DNA of 63,030 nt, taken from contig NW_025215096.1 of NCBI RefSeq assembly GCF_004010195.1, forward strand, positions 1 through 63,030, written 5' to 3'. Positions 13,244 to 26,158 of the stretch are shown piece by piece. The first letter of the stretch is position 1. Every line of letters begins with the position of its first letter. The DNA comes from Chiloscyllium plagiosum (taxonomy: Eukaryota). The notes beneath the pieces are model-generated. The model was given only the letters and a program-made list of their open reading frames with translations. It ran no database searches and had not been told where the DNA came from. The position numbers and the translations under genes were made by a program.

Positions 13244-13327
13244 TGTTGGAACATTCCAGTCTTCTCTTCTCTAATTGTGTTCCAATATAGAAACATTCCA
13301 GTCTAACGTTCCGAGATTCTGATCTAT
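13202..13327 (-). repeat. Six degenerate 21-bp (7-codon) repeats spanning the GPCR start codon
   Basis: In frame: IDQNLGT / LDWNVSI / LEHN*RR / EDWNVPT / MDQNLRT / MDRILSE. Confidence 0.75.
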
Positions 13328-14319
13328 CCTCTCCTTCGTTCTGGAGCTGCTGATGCTTCTTAGTGCAGTTTGTGATGGTCCCAATCAAACTATGAGATAA
13401 CGTATTGAACCGAGACTCCAATTAATAGAAGAAGCAAACCCTCCAGTGACACATTTAGGATCCACGGAGACTGACATCAATCACAGTCGCTTAACAAGTA
13501 GTACCAATTAACCCCTTTCCGTTCAAGACTAACTTATAAAAATGCAAAATGTTGTTTAAATTTTCTACGTTTAGGATGGGATATGTGAGGACAACTGAGG
13601 GAAGGAATGTTGGAGATGGTAGATCACTTGTGTACAACCATGCAATCTGCTTTGGATATGGGATTAATGTCAGATGTTTATCATAACAAAGACATAAATA
13701 TACTCAGACTATCGCTTTGTGTCATTGGCTTTCAAGGTTGTCAATATATTCAGTTCAAACTTGATTGGAGTTTGATATATTTCGGTAAGAATTTAAACTG
13801 ATTGGCCGAATTCGAAATTATTTTTGTTTCCAAGCAACGAACTGTCGGCTCTCCCACTGTAACCTTCGCTATTTCCTTTCATGTTCGAAATCTGGTCAAG
13901 TTCTATTTGGGATAAAATGCCCGGCTTCATCAGATCATGGTGGATAGGTTGGTTTGTAGATCTTCCCCTACTAATATAGTGCGAAATTGATGTTGTCAAA
14001 AATGAGAGTGTGAAAGCGTCTTTCACAAGACTGTAGATTCTGTGTGAAGATGTGGTCTGAAGGTAAGGGATTTTCGACACTAAGAATTTGACAAGAATTT
14101 TGTCAGAATCTTTCAGGCTAGTAGCATGAACCACAGAGAAGGAGCAGATCATCAGGTGGATATGAAAACGTTCACTTCCCTGTTCCCTCCAGGTCAAACA
14201 TTGTCCTAACTTGTCTGACATCCAGTCCTGGTGGAACAGTCATTTCTTACAATTGAATCGTAGCAAAACTGAGGCCCCTGACTTCTGTCCCTTACTCAAA
14301 ATCCACTGCTGGGCCACTG

Positions 14320-15160
14320 AGTCGAAAGGGTGATTATGGAAAAGCACAGAAGGACAGGCAGCATCCAAGGAGCAGTAGAATCGACGTTTCGGGCACGAGC
14401 CTTCATCAGGAAAGAGGTTTGTAAACCGAGGGGGTGCAGAGACAAATGGGAGTGGATGGGGCTGGGGCACGTTCGTTGAGAGTGTGATAGGTGGATGGAG
14501 GTGGGGTTAATGGTGATATGTTGCAGAGCAGGGTGGAGCGGATAGGTGGGAATGAAGACGGACAGATAAGAAAGTTCATGAGAGCGGCCCAAGCCCTGGA
14601 CCTGAATGAACTTGGCTGAGTGGGAGGGAGAGTTCACGTGCACGGCCAGGGGAAGTGATGTTGTTTGGTGCGGGTGTCCCGGATATGTGTTCTGAAGAGG
14701 TCCATAACAATGTGGAGGAGACTGCATCGGGAGCAACGGTTACATTAAATGACATGTGTGGAAATGCAGGTAAAACTCTGATGGTTATGGAAGGCTCATT
14801 TGGGGCCATGGACAGAGTTGAGGGCGGAAGTGTGGGTGGATGATTTGCAAATCCCGTGTTGGAATGAGAAGGTGCCGAGCGGGGAGGGTAGTTTGCTGGG
14901 GGGCGTGCACTTGACAAGGGAGTCGAAGAGGAAATGGTCTTTACAGAAGTTCGATAGGGGTGAGGAGGAAAACACATCTGAGCCGGTGGGTTTCATTTTC
15001 AGATGGCGGAAATGTCGGAGGATGACATAATGTCGACGGAGGTTGCTGGGTTTTAAAGTGACGAATAAGGGAGTTCGGTCCTCGTCATAGTTGGAGGGAT
15101 GCGTTTTGAGAGCGGAGTTAAGGGGAGTGCATGAGGTGAGCTGAAAGGCATCATCGACCA
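14320..15160 (-). mobile_element. Penelope-like element 3' part (RT-EN linker, GIY-YIG, terminal repeat)
   Basis: RTPLFVTLKPSNLRRHYVILRHFRHL...FCKDHFLFDSLV; terminal hammerhead-type motif at 14383-14409; duplicate of 27400-28260. Confidence 0.8.
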
Positions 15161-16109
15161 TGTGCGAGGAGAAAATGCCTCGCCACTGACTCAGTCTTCT
15201 TCCTGCCAATTGTCTGAATCTGAAACAGACACGTCATAATCATGATGACATCCTTCGCCTCGTGATAAGTTTTCAACCACATATCCCAACATCACCATGT
15301 CAGCCTACTTACAACTCATTAACATCATTAACTCTTCCACGTCTCTGCTTTCCTGCAGCTCAAACTCTAATCCATTCGGTTGGACGAAACGGTAATAATA
15401 CACTTCCATTCGTCCTCTAAAAATCCCTCTCTGATCAGGTCTAACTCCCTCTGCTTCTATTCAAGGGTGTACTTGCGTTCTGTTCAGTGTTTCATTGTTC
15501 CTGTTCTGAATGACATTTTTGCCACCGCCCATTTTCCCATGCGTGCACTGCAGCCTTCGCAGCTTTACCTTTCCACACGGGGTCCCACATGGTGGAAGGG
15601 AAGGAGTTGCAGGTTATTCACTCAATGATGTAATCCTGAGGTCTTCCAATACCTCTGCTGCACGCGGGAGGACTCACAACAAGGGTTGTTCATCCATCAC
15701 AGGGCAGTTAAATTTCAATGTTTTCATCATTTTCTGCAAAACTCTTGACTGTCTTCTCTCTGTCTATCACTGTCATGTCCTCTAGTCTACTCAAGAGCAA
15801 ATAGTGCTGGTGAATAAATGCCAATCCTGCCAGCGGACATGACACCCAAGTTTTTGGTATAAACTGCACAGTCAGATGTCTGCATTCCACCGAATTCCAA
15901 CCTCCAGAGCATTTTCGATATGAACTGTTTCATGTTTGGTTCCTAAACGTCATCTACCAAGGCCATAAATTGTGAAATCCCGTCGCTACGTAAATTGCAC
16001 AATGCTATAGGAAAGGAATTACTCACCAAGTGATGAAGAAAAACTGTAATACATGCTGAAATCAAGTTCAATTAATTGATATCAATACTCCCTCGTGCCT
16101 TTCACATAA

Positions 16110-16426
16110 TTAGATTAGATTAGATTACATTACAGTGTGGAAAAAGGCCCTTCGGCCCAACAAGTCCACACCGACCTGCCGAAGTGCAAACCACCCGTAC
16201 CGCTACATTTACCCCTTATCTAACACTACGGGCAATTTAGCATGGCCAATTCAACTTAACTGAACATATTTGGACTGTGCAAGGATACTGGAGAATCGGC
16301 GGAAACTCACGCAGACACGGGGAGAACGTGCAAACTCCACGCAGTCAGTCGCCTGAGGCGGGAATTGAACGCGGGTCTCTGGCACTGTGAGGCAGCAGTG
16401 TTAACCACTGTGCCACCGTGCCGCCC
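16110..16426 (-). mobile_element. tRNA-derived SINE (HE1-like) with (TCTAA)n tail
   Basis: Head GGGCGGCACGGTGGCACAGTGGTTAAC (A box), B box GTTCAATTCCC, 3' GGGCCGAAGGGCCT...(TCTAA)n. Confidence 0.9.
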
Positions 16427-17440
16427 ACTAATGGAATCTTCAAAGCTTTTCCTCTGGAAGGCGTTCAAACAAATTATGATCCCAGTCTCATTATGAGATA
16501 TTGGGAAGCTGACAAAGTGTTATCTCAAACAAGTGATCAAAGAAATAGGTATTTTATAAGTCAAAACGAAGGTTGTATCACAAAACTGAGCTGACTGAAT
16601 TTGTTCTGCTCGAGGTCATCATCTTTATCATGCCTCATCTGTTTGTGTTTGGATGACCACATCCGTGTTTCCCCTTAAAGGAACATTCTTCTGATGTGAA
16701 GAATGCCTTCGTTTGGCAGGAAGAACAACGCAACTCAGTAGAAGCAGTAAAGTTACAGTGAAACTGTTGGGGCGGAAAACGTAGAGGGATGCGGCTGAAT
16801 GCTTCCGTTCCTTATGTAGAGACAGGAATCTGCTGGTATCCAAATTAAACAGGTAGGAGGCTGGAAGAGCACAGCTAGCCAGGCTGCCTCAAGAGGTGGA
16901 GACGTCAACGTTTAGCAGGTACCAATTATTCACGATTTGGGCAATCCAAGAAGCACAGCATCCTGCCTGTTTCGCCCTTTGCCTATGTCAACAGAATCGG
17001 GTTTAAAAGCCAGTAATTAAGAAAGAAGAGGCCAAACGGTTCAATTCCACACTTTTTGGAAGTTCGGCTCACCTGAGGCCTTTGCCACGCTCAAAAGATG
17101 TATCCGTATAGTTCCCTCTATGGGTGAAAATGAAGTTCAGTTCTCCTGCAAGTCATGAACAAATTTGATGGCATCTGACTTCAGTCTCATTCATTGGTTC
17201 ATTTGAGATTAAAACCTTGTAAAGAAGATCTCATTCAAGTGAACACTTCAGACGTCAGGCTGGGGGCCAAGTAGGGGAAACTGGAAACGAGAATGGATGG
17301 ATGTTTGATGACTGGCACTAACATAATGTATTATTCTGTGCTGTAATTCACGGTGTAACGAACATTTTTTGGAAGAAATTTCTCATCGCAGGAAAAGACA
17401 TTTGTGCTGTTAAGAGAAGACGCAACTGCACATGCCGTCC

Positions 17441-17512
17441 TACCTGGTCGACTAGTGATTACGATGCAGCGCTTTCACCACTGTTGTTTGGGTTCATTTC
17501 CTGGTCAGGGAA
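17441..17512 (+). pseudogene. tRNA-Glu(TTC) pseudogene
   Basis: 72 nt colinear with vertebrate tRNA-Glu (TCCCTGGTGGTCTAGTGG...GCGCTTTCACCGCCG...GGTCAGGGAA); anticodon TTC at 17474-17476; TTTT just downstream; A and B boxes mutated. Confidence 0.8.
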
Positions 17513-18643
17513 TCAGGATTTATTGCTGAAAATAAGGACAACAACAAAAGCAGAGCGTCTCTGACAGGAATCGCATTTCAAACGCGTCAGCATGTGCCTT
17601 GCAACATGGCTGAAGGGCCGTAAGGTGGCTCACTGGTTAGCACTGCTGCCTCACAGCGCTCGGGATATGATTTGCCTCCAACCGTGGTGATTGTCAGTCA
17701 GGTACATTTTTCAGGAACAAATGAAGAGAAGAGCAATAAGGAATTGTTCTGTGAGGGTTAATCCCTGGAGGATTGGTGTGAATTTGTTGCATGGAATGGC
17801 CAGTTTCAGACACTCTATGATCCCTTAATGAGTTCCATTAGGACCTGTTCAGAGAGGGGACAAACGTGAGGAAAGGCGGTCACTTCCCAGTCAGGGTCTG
17901 ACGCATTCTGCGACAACCAACCTATTCACCTTTGACTGAACAAGTTCCAATTTCCCCTGCATTGGTAAGGCAGTATACAGCATTAGGCGGGTTTTCATGT
18001 TATGCATGGACCCAGCATCCTTTCGCAACATGGACTATACTGGGACATAAAAAGATGATAAAAGACCTCCATAGCGGTGTCTGGAATGAAAACACTTCAG
18101 GAAGAATGGACAGCGTTTACTTGGAAACAAAAAAAAATGGAAAGGAATCCAGCGATGTACTGGGCGATAACGCCATTCGAAAAGACAAGGCGGAGTTTCA
18201 TGGGATGGTGGAAAAGACGAATAGATTATGTGGCGTGAAACCAAGTAAAACTGAGTTGTGTCCATATGGAAGTTTTCCAGATGTTATGAATTTAGTGAGA
18301 GTAAACAGGAGGGAAATTCTCTCATTCAGATGGATCTATTGCTAGAATTTAGAACTTCAAAACCAGCAATGAGTGATAAAGAAAAGTTTGGAGCACGGTT
18401 TTTTTTCATTCTACAGTTATTGAAATCGAAAATGACTTTTTTTTCAGATAAAATATTTCAGAAGCTGATTCTAAAATACTTGTAAAGATGCGTGCAGACA
18501 AACAAGGAGTTAATTTCACCAGGACAGGGAGTCCGGGCGGCCAGGATGGGTATGCGTTAGGTGCACACGCTCTAATTGGTTAACGTTAATTGGAAAGAAA
18601 CCACGTAACACCTGCAACTGAGTTCGATGAAGTATGGAATGAG

Positions 18644-18825
18644 TTGAAACTTTATTGCTGGAACAGCACAGCAGGTCTGGCAGCATCCAGGGAACAGGAG
18701 ATTCGAAGTTTCGGGCACAGGCCCTTCTTCTCCTGTTCCCTGCATGCTGCCTGACCTGCTGTGCTGTTCCAGCAATAATGTTTCAACTTTGATCTCCAGC
18801 ATCTGCAGACCTCACTTTCTCCTCA
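18644..18825 (+). mobile_element. Short fold-back Penelope-like terminal-repeat insertion, left arm only
   Basis: 14-bp TSD AAGTATGGAATGAG at 18630-18643 and 18826-18839; inverted arms of about 60 bp; empty site at about 21860-21875 in the right arm. Confidence 0.9.
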
Positions 18826-18939
18826 AAGTATGGAATGAGCTGATTGTGAGGAAAGGTTCAGCAGCTTGTTCTCCGTGAACTTGTACAAATTGTAAAAGAA
18901 CTGAGGGGTATTTTTATTAGCTCAGCATTAAAGAAAACC

Positions 18940-19130
18940 TGTTAGCTCAGTCTGCAGCATAAATGGTTTATGATGAAAAGTGATGCCAACAGTGTGGAAT
19001 TAATTCTCGCAATGTCTCAGCTTACCGTCAGGATCCTGATCTCCCAACTCAGCTAATACTTTAGACGATGGCGACAATCAAAGTGAAATTATACTGTCGT
19101 GAGTTGAAACTGACCTGCCGATGTAACACA
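18940..19130 (+). mobile_element. Old tRNA-derived SINE of a second family (inverted duplicate at about 21580-21765)
   Basis: GTTAGCTCAGT head and GTGATGCCAACAG body; reverse-complement similarity to 48730-48890. Confidence 0.55.
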
Positions 19131-19879
19131 CCTTTGTTTTCATCTGTTGCATTGGAAAATTTGACTGCAATCACAAAGAAGGGAGTGAGTCTAAATGCTG
19201 CTCACTCATCTCCCCTCAAAATATCCTGTGACAAGACTCGTAAAACATTTCTGTTTGAATCCTGAATCTTCATAGCAGTACTTTAAAAAATCTTGACCAT
19301 TTCGATTCTAGTTTTTCTGACAACAGTCGAAATGGCCAGTGAGGTTAATCTAATACTTTATGGATCATTTTAAAAGCCTGTGCGAGTTTGCAGCAAAATC
19401 CGCAATATGAAAGCAGCTAAACATCCTTTCCAGAAGTTAACACAGCGCAGGATCAGTCATATGAGAAACGTGATCGACTTCAAACGTCACCTCTGTAACT
19501 CTATTGAGTGACGGTTATTCACTCAGGGTATACTTATGGCTGGTCATAAGTAACTGAGGCATTTCCCAAGGACAGAACACTCCACAAAATCATGATTTGT
19601 TTTAGAATAAATGCCGTTTTACTCAACGTTCTTTTGCAAATTTTAAATGTACATGCACACACATTCATATATGTGTGTGTGTGTATGTATATATATGTAC
19701 GCATATATGTGTGTGTGTGAATTTGGAACATTAGGAATGGATGATCTGCCATTTGAATGTTCCTCCTGTAGAATGTGAGAGGTACGAGTTTACAATAATG
19801 TCCATGACATTTGCATTTGAGGGAAGAGAAACCAACTCCATCTCCTTGGCAACTGAGGGGAACTGAAGGTGGACATAGG

Positions 19880-21376
19880 ATCATTCAGGAGTCTGAGGTG
19901 AATTGAAAAGAGTTATAGGGAGGCAGTAACACTTCAGGTACACTTCAGGTATCGATGGGATACAGTCGGGAGACGAAAAGGGGGCATGTAGACAGTATAG
20001 GCATCCGCTGTGGCCGTGCCCCTAAGTAACAAGCATACCATATTTGTTACTTTTTGGGGGATGACTTACGAGGGGTAAGCCAAGGGGTAGAGGTCTCTGG
20101 CACAGTGTTTGTCCCTGTTGCTCAGAAGAGTAGAGGAGAGGGGAGGAGAGCATTCGTTATTGGGGACTCCATAGTGAGGCGGTCAGATTGCTGATTCTGA
20201 GGGTACTGGGCAGCCTCATGCTTAATGTGATGCGTCCGAGCTACTAGGGGTTGTGATGTCTCGCATGATGGTTTTCAGGATACTTAAGTGGGAGGTGGCG
20301 CAGCCCCAGGTCATGGTTCACATATGCACCAACAACATAGCTAAGAAAAGTGATGTGGATGTATGGCAGAAATTCAGGGATCCAGGATGACATCACAGAT
20401 CTAGATCAAACAAAGTTGTTCTCTCAGATTTGTTACACATGCCACGTCATAGTGAGGGTAAGAATAGGGAGAGAGCAGTTGAAAACGTGTTTGTAAGGAT
20501 GGTGCAGGATGGAGGGATTCGGATACCTGGATAGTTGGGGCTCATTCTGGAGTCGCTGGAACTTCTACAAACAGTATGGGCTTCACCTCAACCAGAAAGG
20601 TTCATATATTCTGAGGAGATAATTTTCTAACGCTCTTCTAGAAGGTTTCAACATATTTAGCAGCAGAGTGCGAACCTGAATTGTAGCGACAGGTTGCAGG
20701 AAGTTGTGAGTGGTTAGGTCATAAATAGGTATTCAGGTTTGCAAGTATGTACTGGCAAGAATGAAGGAGGTTTGAGGTGTGTCTACTTCACCGCCAGGAG
20801 CATCTGGGATAAAGCAGGTGTCAAGGGTTGTTACGTGGGAATTCAATCTTGTGGCAATTTCAGAGACATGAATGGAGTACTGAAAGGAATGGTTTTCCTG
20901 GCACCGCAGTCCCCATTTTTCAGTAAGAACAGGAAAGTCGTTGTAGTGGGGGAAATGTGTCATTATTAGTCAAGAAGAGTACTATGGTAGCAGAAAGGAT
21001 ATTTGATGAGGACTCTACTGAATCCGCTGAGCTCGAATGGGATGAGATTAAAATTAGGAAAGGAGAGGTCACCACCAAAATGTTCTAGAAATATGGAGGA
21101 AAAGATTGCAAAGATGATTCTGGGTAGGAACGAAAGCAACAGGGTAGTTGTAGTGGGGAACTTTAAGTTTCCAAAAATTGATTGGAAATGTTATTGTTTG
21201 AGTACCTCTGATCGGTCAGTCTTTGTCAAATGTGTGCAGGAGTGTTTCCTGACGCAGAAAGTAGACAGGCCAACAAAAATCAAAGCCACATTGGATTTGG
21301 TACTGCGTAATGAAGCAAGTCAGCTGTTCGGATTGTAGGTAAGTGGGGTAGAGGTGATAGTGAAGACAATTCTTCT
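19880..21376 (+). mobile_element. Decayed CR1 LINE 5' half: ORF1 SGNH-esterase region and ORF2 APE endonuclease
   Basis: VIGDSIVR at about 20157 and QPQVMVHICTNNI (ORF1); VVVGNFKFPKIDW, ATLDLVL and GDSEDNS (SDH-motif relic) up to 21376. Confidence 0.8.
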
Positions 21377-22030
21377 TTGTCAGAAAAACTAGAATCGAAA
21401 TGGTAAAGATTTCTTAAAGTACTGATATGAAGATTACAGGATTCAAACAGAAATGTTTTACAAGTCTTGTCACAGGATATTTTGTGGGGAGACGAGTGAG
21501 CAGCATTTAGATTCACTCACTTCTCTGTGATTGCAGTCAAATTTTCCAATGCAACAGATGAAAACAAAGGTGCGTTACATCGGCAGGTCAGTTCCAACTC
21601 ACGAAAGTATAATTTCACTTTGATTGTCGCCATCGTCTAAAGTATTAGCTGAGTTGGGAGATCAGGATCCTGACGGTAAGCTGAGACATTGCGAGAATTA
21701 ATTCCACACTGTTGGCATCACTTTATATCATAAACCATTTATGCTGCAGACTGAGCTAACCGGTTTTCTTTAATGCTGAGCTAACACAAACAGCTTAGTT
21801 CTTTTACAATTTATACAAGATCACGGAGAACAAGCTGCTAAACCTTTCCTCACAATCAGCTCATTCTATACTTTATCGTACTCAGTTGCAGGTGTTATGT
21901 GGTTTCTTTCCAATTAACGTTAACCAATTAGAGCGTGTGCACCTGACGCGTACCCATCCTAGCCGCCCGGACTCCCTGTCCTGGTGAAATTCACTCCTCG
22001 TTTGTCTGCACGCATCTTTACAAGTATTTT

Positions 22031-22367
22031 AGAATCAGCTTCTGAAATATTTTATCTGAAAAAAAAGTCATTTTCGATTTCAATAACTGTAGAATGACAA
22101 AAAGCCGTGCTCCAAGCTTTTCTTTATCACTCATTGCTGGTTTTGAAGTTCTAAATTCTAGCAATAGATCCATCTGAATGAGAGAATTTCCCTCCTGTAG
22201 AATCAGCTTCTGAAATATTTTATCTGAAAAAAAAAGTCATTTTCGATTTCAATAACTGTAGAATGACAAAAAACCGTGCTCCAAGCTTTTCTTTATCACT
22301 CATTGCTGGTTTTGAAGTTCTAAACTCTCGCTATAGATCCATCTGAATGAGAGAATTTCCCTCCTGT
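22031..22367 (+). repeat. Tandem duplication, 2 x about 168 bp, right arm only
   Basis: agaatcagcttctgaaat...ccctcctgt starts at 22031 and again at 22199; single copy in the left arm (about 18305-18473). Confidence 0.92.
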
Positions 22368-25034
22368 TTACTCTCACTAAATTCATAACATCTGGAAAAC
22401 TTCCATATGGACACAACTCAATTTTACTTGGTTTCACACCACATAATCTATTCGTCTTTTCCACCATCCCACGAAACCCCGCCTTGTCTTTTCGAATAGT
22501 GTTATCGCCCAGTACACCGCAGGATACCTTTCCTTTTTTTTGTTTCCAAGTAAACGCTGTCCAATCAATTTTTGGAAACTTAAAGTTCCCCACTACAACT
22601 GCCCTGTTGCTTTCGTTCGTACCCAGTATCATCTTTGCAATCTTTTCTTCCATATTTCTAGAACATTTTGGTGGTGACCTCTCCTTTCCTAATTTTAATC
22701 TCATCCCATTCTAGCTCAGCGGATTCAGTAGAGTCCTCATCAAATATCCTTTCTGCTACCATAGTACTCTCCTTGACTAATAATGACACATTTCCCCCTC
22801 TGTAACGACTTTCCTGTTCTGACTGAAAAATGGGGACTGAGGCGCCAGGAAAACCATTCCTTTCAGTACTCCATTCATGTCTCTGAAATGGCCACAAGAA
22901 TGAAGTCCCACGTAACAATACTTGACACCTGCTTTATGCCAGATGCTCCTGGCGGTGAAGTAGACACACTTCAAACCTCCTTCATTCTTGCCAACCTGAA
23001 AACCTATTTATGACCTAACCCCTCACAATCTCCTGCAAACTGTCGCTACAATTCAGGTTTGCACTCTGCTGCTGAATTTGTTGTAACCTTCTAGAAGAGA
23101 GTTCGAAAATTATGTCCTCAGGATATTGGAACCCTTCTGGTTGAGGTGAAGCCCATACTGTTTGTAGAAGTTCCAGAGACTCCAGAATGAGCCCCAACTA
23201 TCCAGGTATCCGAATCCCTCCATCCTGCACCATCCTTACAAACACGTTTTCAACTTCTCTCTCCCTATTCCGCCCCTCACTATGACGTGGCATAGGTAAC
23301 AAATCTGAGAGAACAACTCTGTTTGATCTAGATCTGTGATGTCACCCTGGATCCCTGAATTTCTGCCATACATCCACATTACTTTTCTTAACTATGTTGT
23401 TGGTGCATATGTGAACCATGACCTGGGGCTGCGCCACCTCCCACTTAAGGATCCTGAAACCATCATGCGAGACATCACAAACCCTGGTAGCTCGTACGCA
23501 TCACATTAAGCATGAGGCTGCCCAGTACCCTCAGAATCAGCAATCTGTCCCCCTCACTATGGAGTCCCCAATAACGAATGCTCTCCTCCCCCCACCCCTA
23601 CTCTTCTGAGCAACAGGGACAACCACTGTGCCAGAGACCTCTACCCCATGGCTTACCCCTCATAAGTCATCCCCCAAAAAGTAACAAATATGGTATGCTT
23701 GTTACTTAGGGGCACGGCCACAGCGGATGCCTATATTGTCTACATGCCCCCTTTTCGTCTCCCGACTGTATCCCATCGATACCTGAAGTGTACCTGAAGT
23801 GTTACTGCCTCCCTATAACTCCTCTCAATTCACCTCAGACTCCTGAATGATCCTATGTCCACCTTCAGTTCCCTAACACAGTTGCCAAGGAGATGGAGTT
23901 GGTTTCTCTTCCCACAAATAGAAATGTCAGGGACATTATTGAAAACTCGTACCTTTCACATTCTACAGGAGGAACATTCAAATGGCAGATCATCCATTCC
24001 TAATGTTCCAAATTCACACACACACATATATGCGTACATATATATACATATACACACACATATATGAATGTGTGTGCACATGCATGTATGTATGTGTGTG
24101 TGCATGTCATTTGATATTTGCAAAAGAACGTTGAGTAAAGCGGCATTTATTCTAAAACAAATCATGATTTTGTGGAGTGTTCTGTCCTTGGGAAATGCCT
24201 CAGTTACTTATACCCAGCCATAAATATACCCTGAGTGAATAACCGTCACTCAATAGAGTTACAGAGGTGACGTTTGAAGTCGATCACGTTTCTCATATGA
24301 CTGATCCTGCGCTGTGTTAACTTCTGGAAAGGATGTTTAGCTGCTTTCATATTGCGGATTTTGCTGCAAACTCGCACAGGCCATTAAAATGATCCATAAA
24401 GTATCAGATTAATCTCACTGGCCATTTCGACTGTCCATTCTTCCTGAAGTGTTTTCATTCCAGACACCGCTATGGAGGTCTTTTATCATCTTTTTATGTC
24501 CCGGTATAGTCCATGTTGAGAAAGGATGCTGGGTCCAATGCATAACATGAAAACCCGCCTAATGCTGTATACTGCCTTACTAATGCAGGAAAAATTGGAG
24601 CTAGTTCAGTCAAAGGTGAATAGGTTGGTTGTCGCACAATGCATCAGTCCCTGACTGGGAAGTGACTGCCTTTCCTCACGTTTGTCCCCTCTCTGGACAG
24701 GTCCTAATGGAACTCATTAAGGGATCATAGAGTGTCTGAAACTGGCCATTCCATGCAAGAAATTCACACCAATCCTCCAGGGATTAACCCTCACAGAACA
24801 ATTCCATATTGCTCTTCTCTTCATTTGTTCCTGAAAAATGCACCTGACTGACAATCGCCACGGTTGGAAGCAAATCATATCCTGAGCGCTGTGAGGCAGC
24901 AGTGCTAACCAGTGAGCCACCTTACGGCCCTTCAGCCATATTGCAAGGCACATGCTGACGCGTTTGAAATGCGATTCCTGTCAGAGACGCTCTGTTTTTG
25001 TTGTTGTCCTTATCTTCAGCAATAAATCCTGATT

Positions 25035-25106
25035 TTCCCTGACCAGGAAATGAACCCAAACAACAGTGGTGAAAGCGCTGCATCGTAATCAGTAGTCGAC
25101 CAGGTA
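25035..25106 (-). pseudogene. tRNA-Glu(TTC) pseudogene (duplicate of 17441-17512)
   Basis: Near-identical reverse complement of the left-arm copy. Confidence 0.8.
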
Positions 25107-26158
25107 GGACGGCGTGTGCAGTTGCGTCTTCTCTTAACAGCACAGCTGTCTTTTCCTGCGATGAGAAATTTCTTCCAAAAAATGTTCATGTCACGTGCCT
25201 TTACAGCACAGAATAATACATTATGTCAGTGCCAGTCATCAAATATTCATCCATTCTCGTTTCCAGTTTCCCCTACTTTCCTTGCAAGTTTATAATCTCA
25301 AACGAAGCCCAACTTCCAGAAAATGTGGATTTGAACCTTTTGGCCTCTTCTTTCTTCATTACTGGCTTTAAAACCCGATTCTGTTGACATAACCCAAGGG
25401 CAAAACAGGCAGGATGCTGTTCTTTTTGGACTGCCCCAATCGTGAATAATTGGTACCCGCTAAACGTTGACGTCTCCACCTCTTGAGGCAGCCTGGCGAG
25501 CTGTGCTCTTCCAGCCTCCTACGTGTTTAATTTGGATCCCAGCAGATTCCTGTCTCTACATACGGAATGGAATCATTCAGCCGCATCACTCTACGTTTTC
25601 CTCCCCAACTGTTTCACTGTAACTTTACTGCTTCTACTGATTTGCGTTGTTCTTCCTGCCAAACGAAGCATTCTTCACATCAGAAGCTTATCATCCTCAT
25701 GTTCCTTGAAGGAGAAACACGGATGTGGTCACCCAAACACAAACAGATGAGGCCTGGTTTGTGGGGAAAATAAGTTCCAGCTGTTTCTTCAGAAATAATT
25801 CCTAACAACATAGAGAACGCACCTTCGGATGCTTGCTGCAATAGTTTTAAGAAAATTCAGCAAGACAGCAGTGAAAACAGAGGTCACAACCCTTCGTTTA
25901 CAAAGCCAGTGCTTGAACCACTGACCTGTGAACTGTTTTAAGCCTGATAATGATGACGACCTCGAGCAGAATAAATTCAGTCAGCTCAGTTTTGTGATAC
26001 AACCTTCGTTTTGTCTTATAAAATACGACTTGACACCCACTTCTTCTATCCCCTGTTTGATATAACACTTTGTCAGCTTCCCAATATCTCATAATGAGAC
26101 TGGGATCATAATTTGCTTGAACGCCTTCCAGAGGAAAAGCTTTGAAGCTTCCATTAGT

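Larger units (their letters stand above)
13849..21186 (+). repeat. Left arm of large inverted segmental duplication (A 13849-18113, B 18114-19323, C 19324-21186)
   Basis: Reverse-complement match to 21377-30335; paired ORFs in the track (13793- vs 29986+, 14796- vs 27397+, 20733- vs 22783+). One 60-bp spot check gave 3 mismatches. Confidence 0.95.

Noticed and set aside
13086..13421. 111-aa ORF over GPCR exon 1
   Set aside because: Wrong frame; the TM1-coding frame is a different one.
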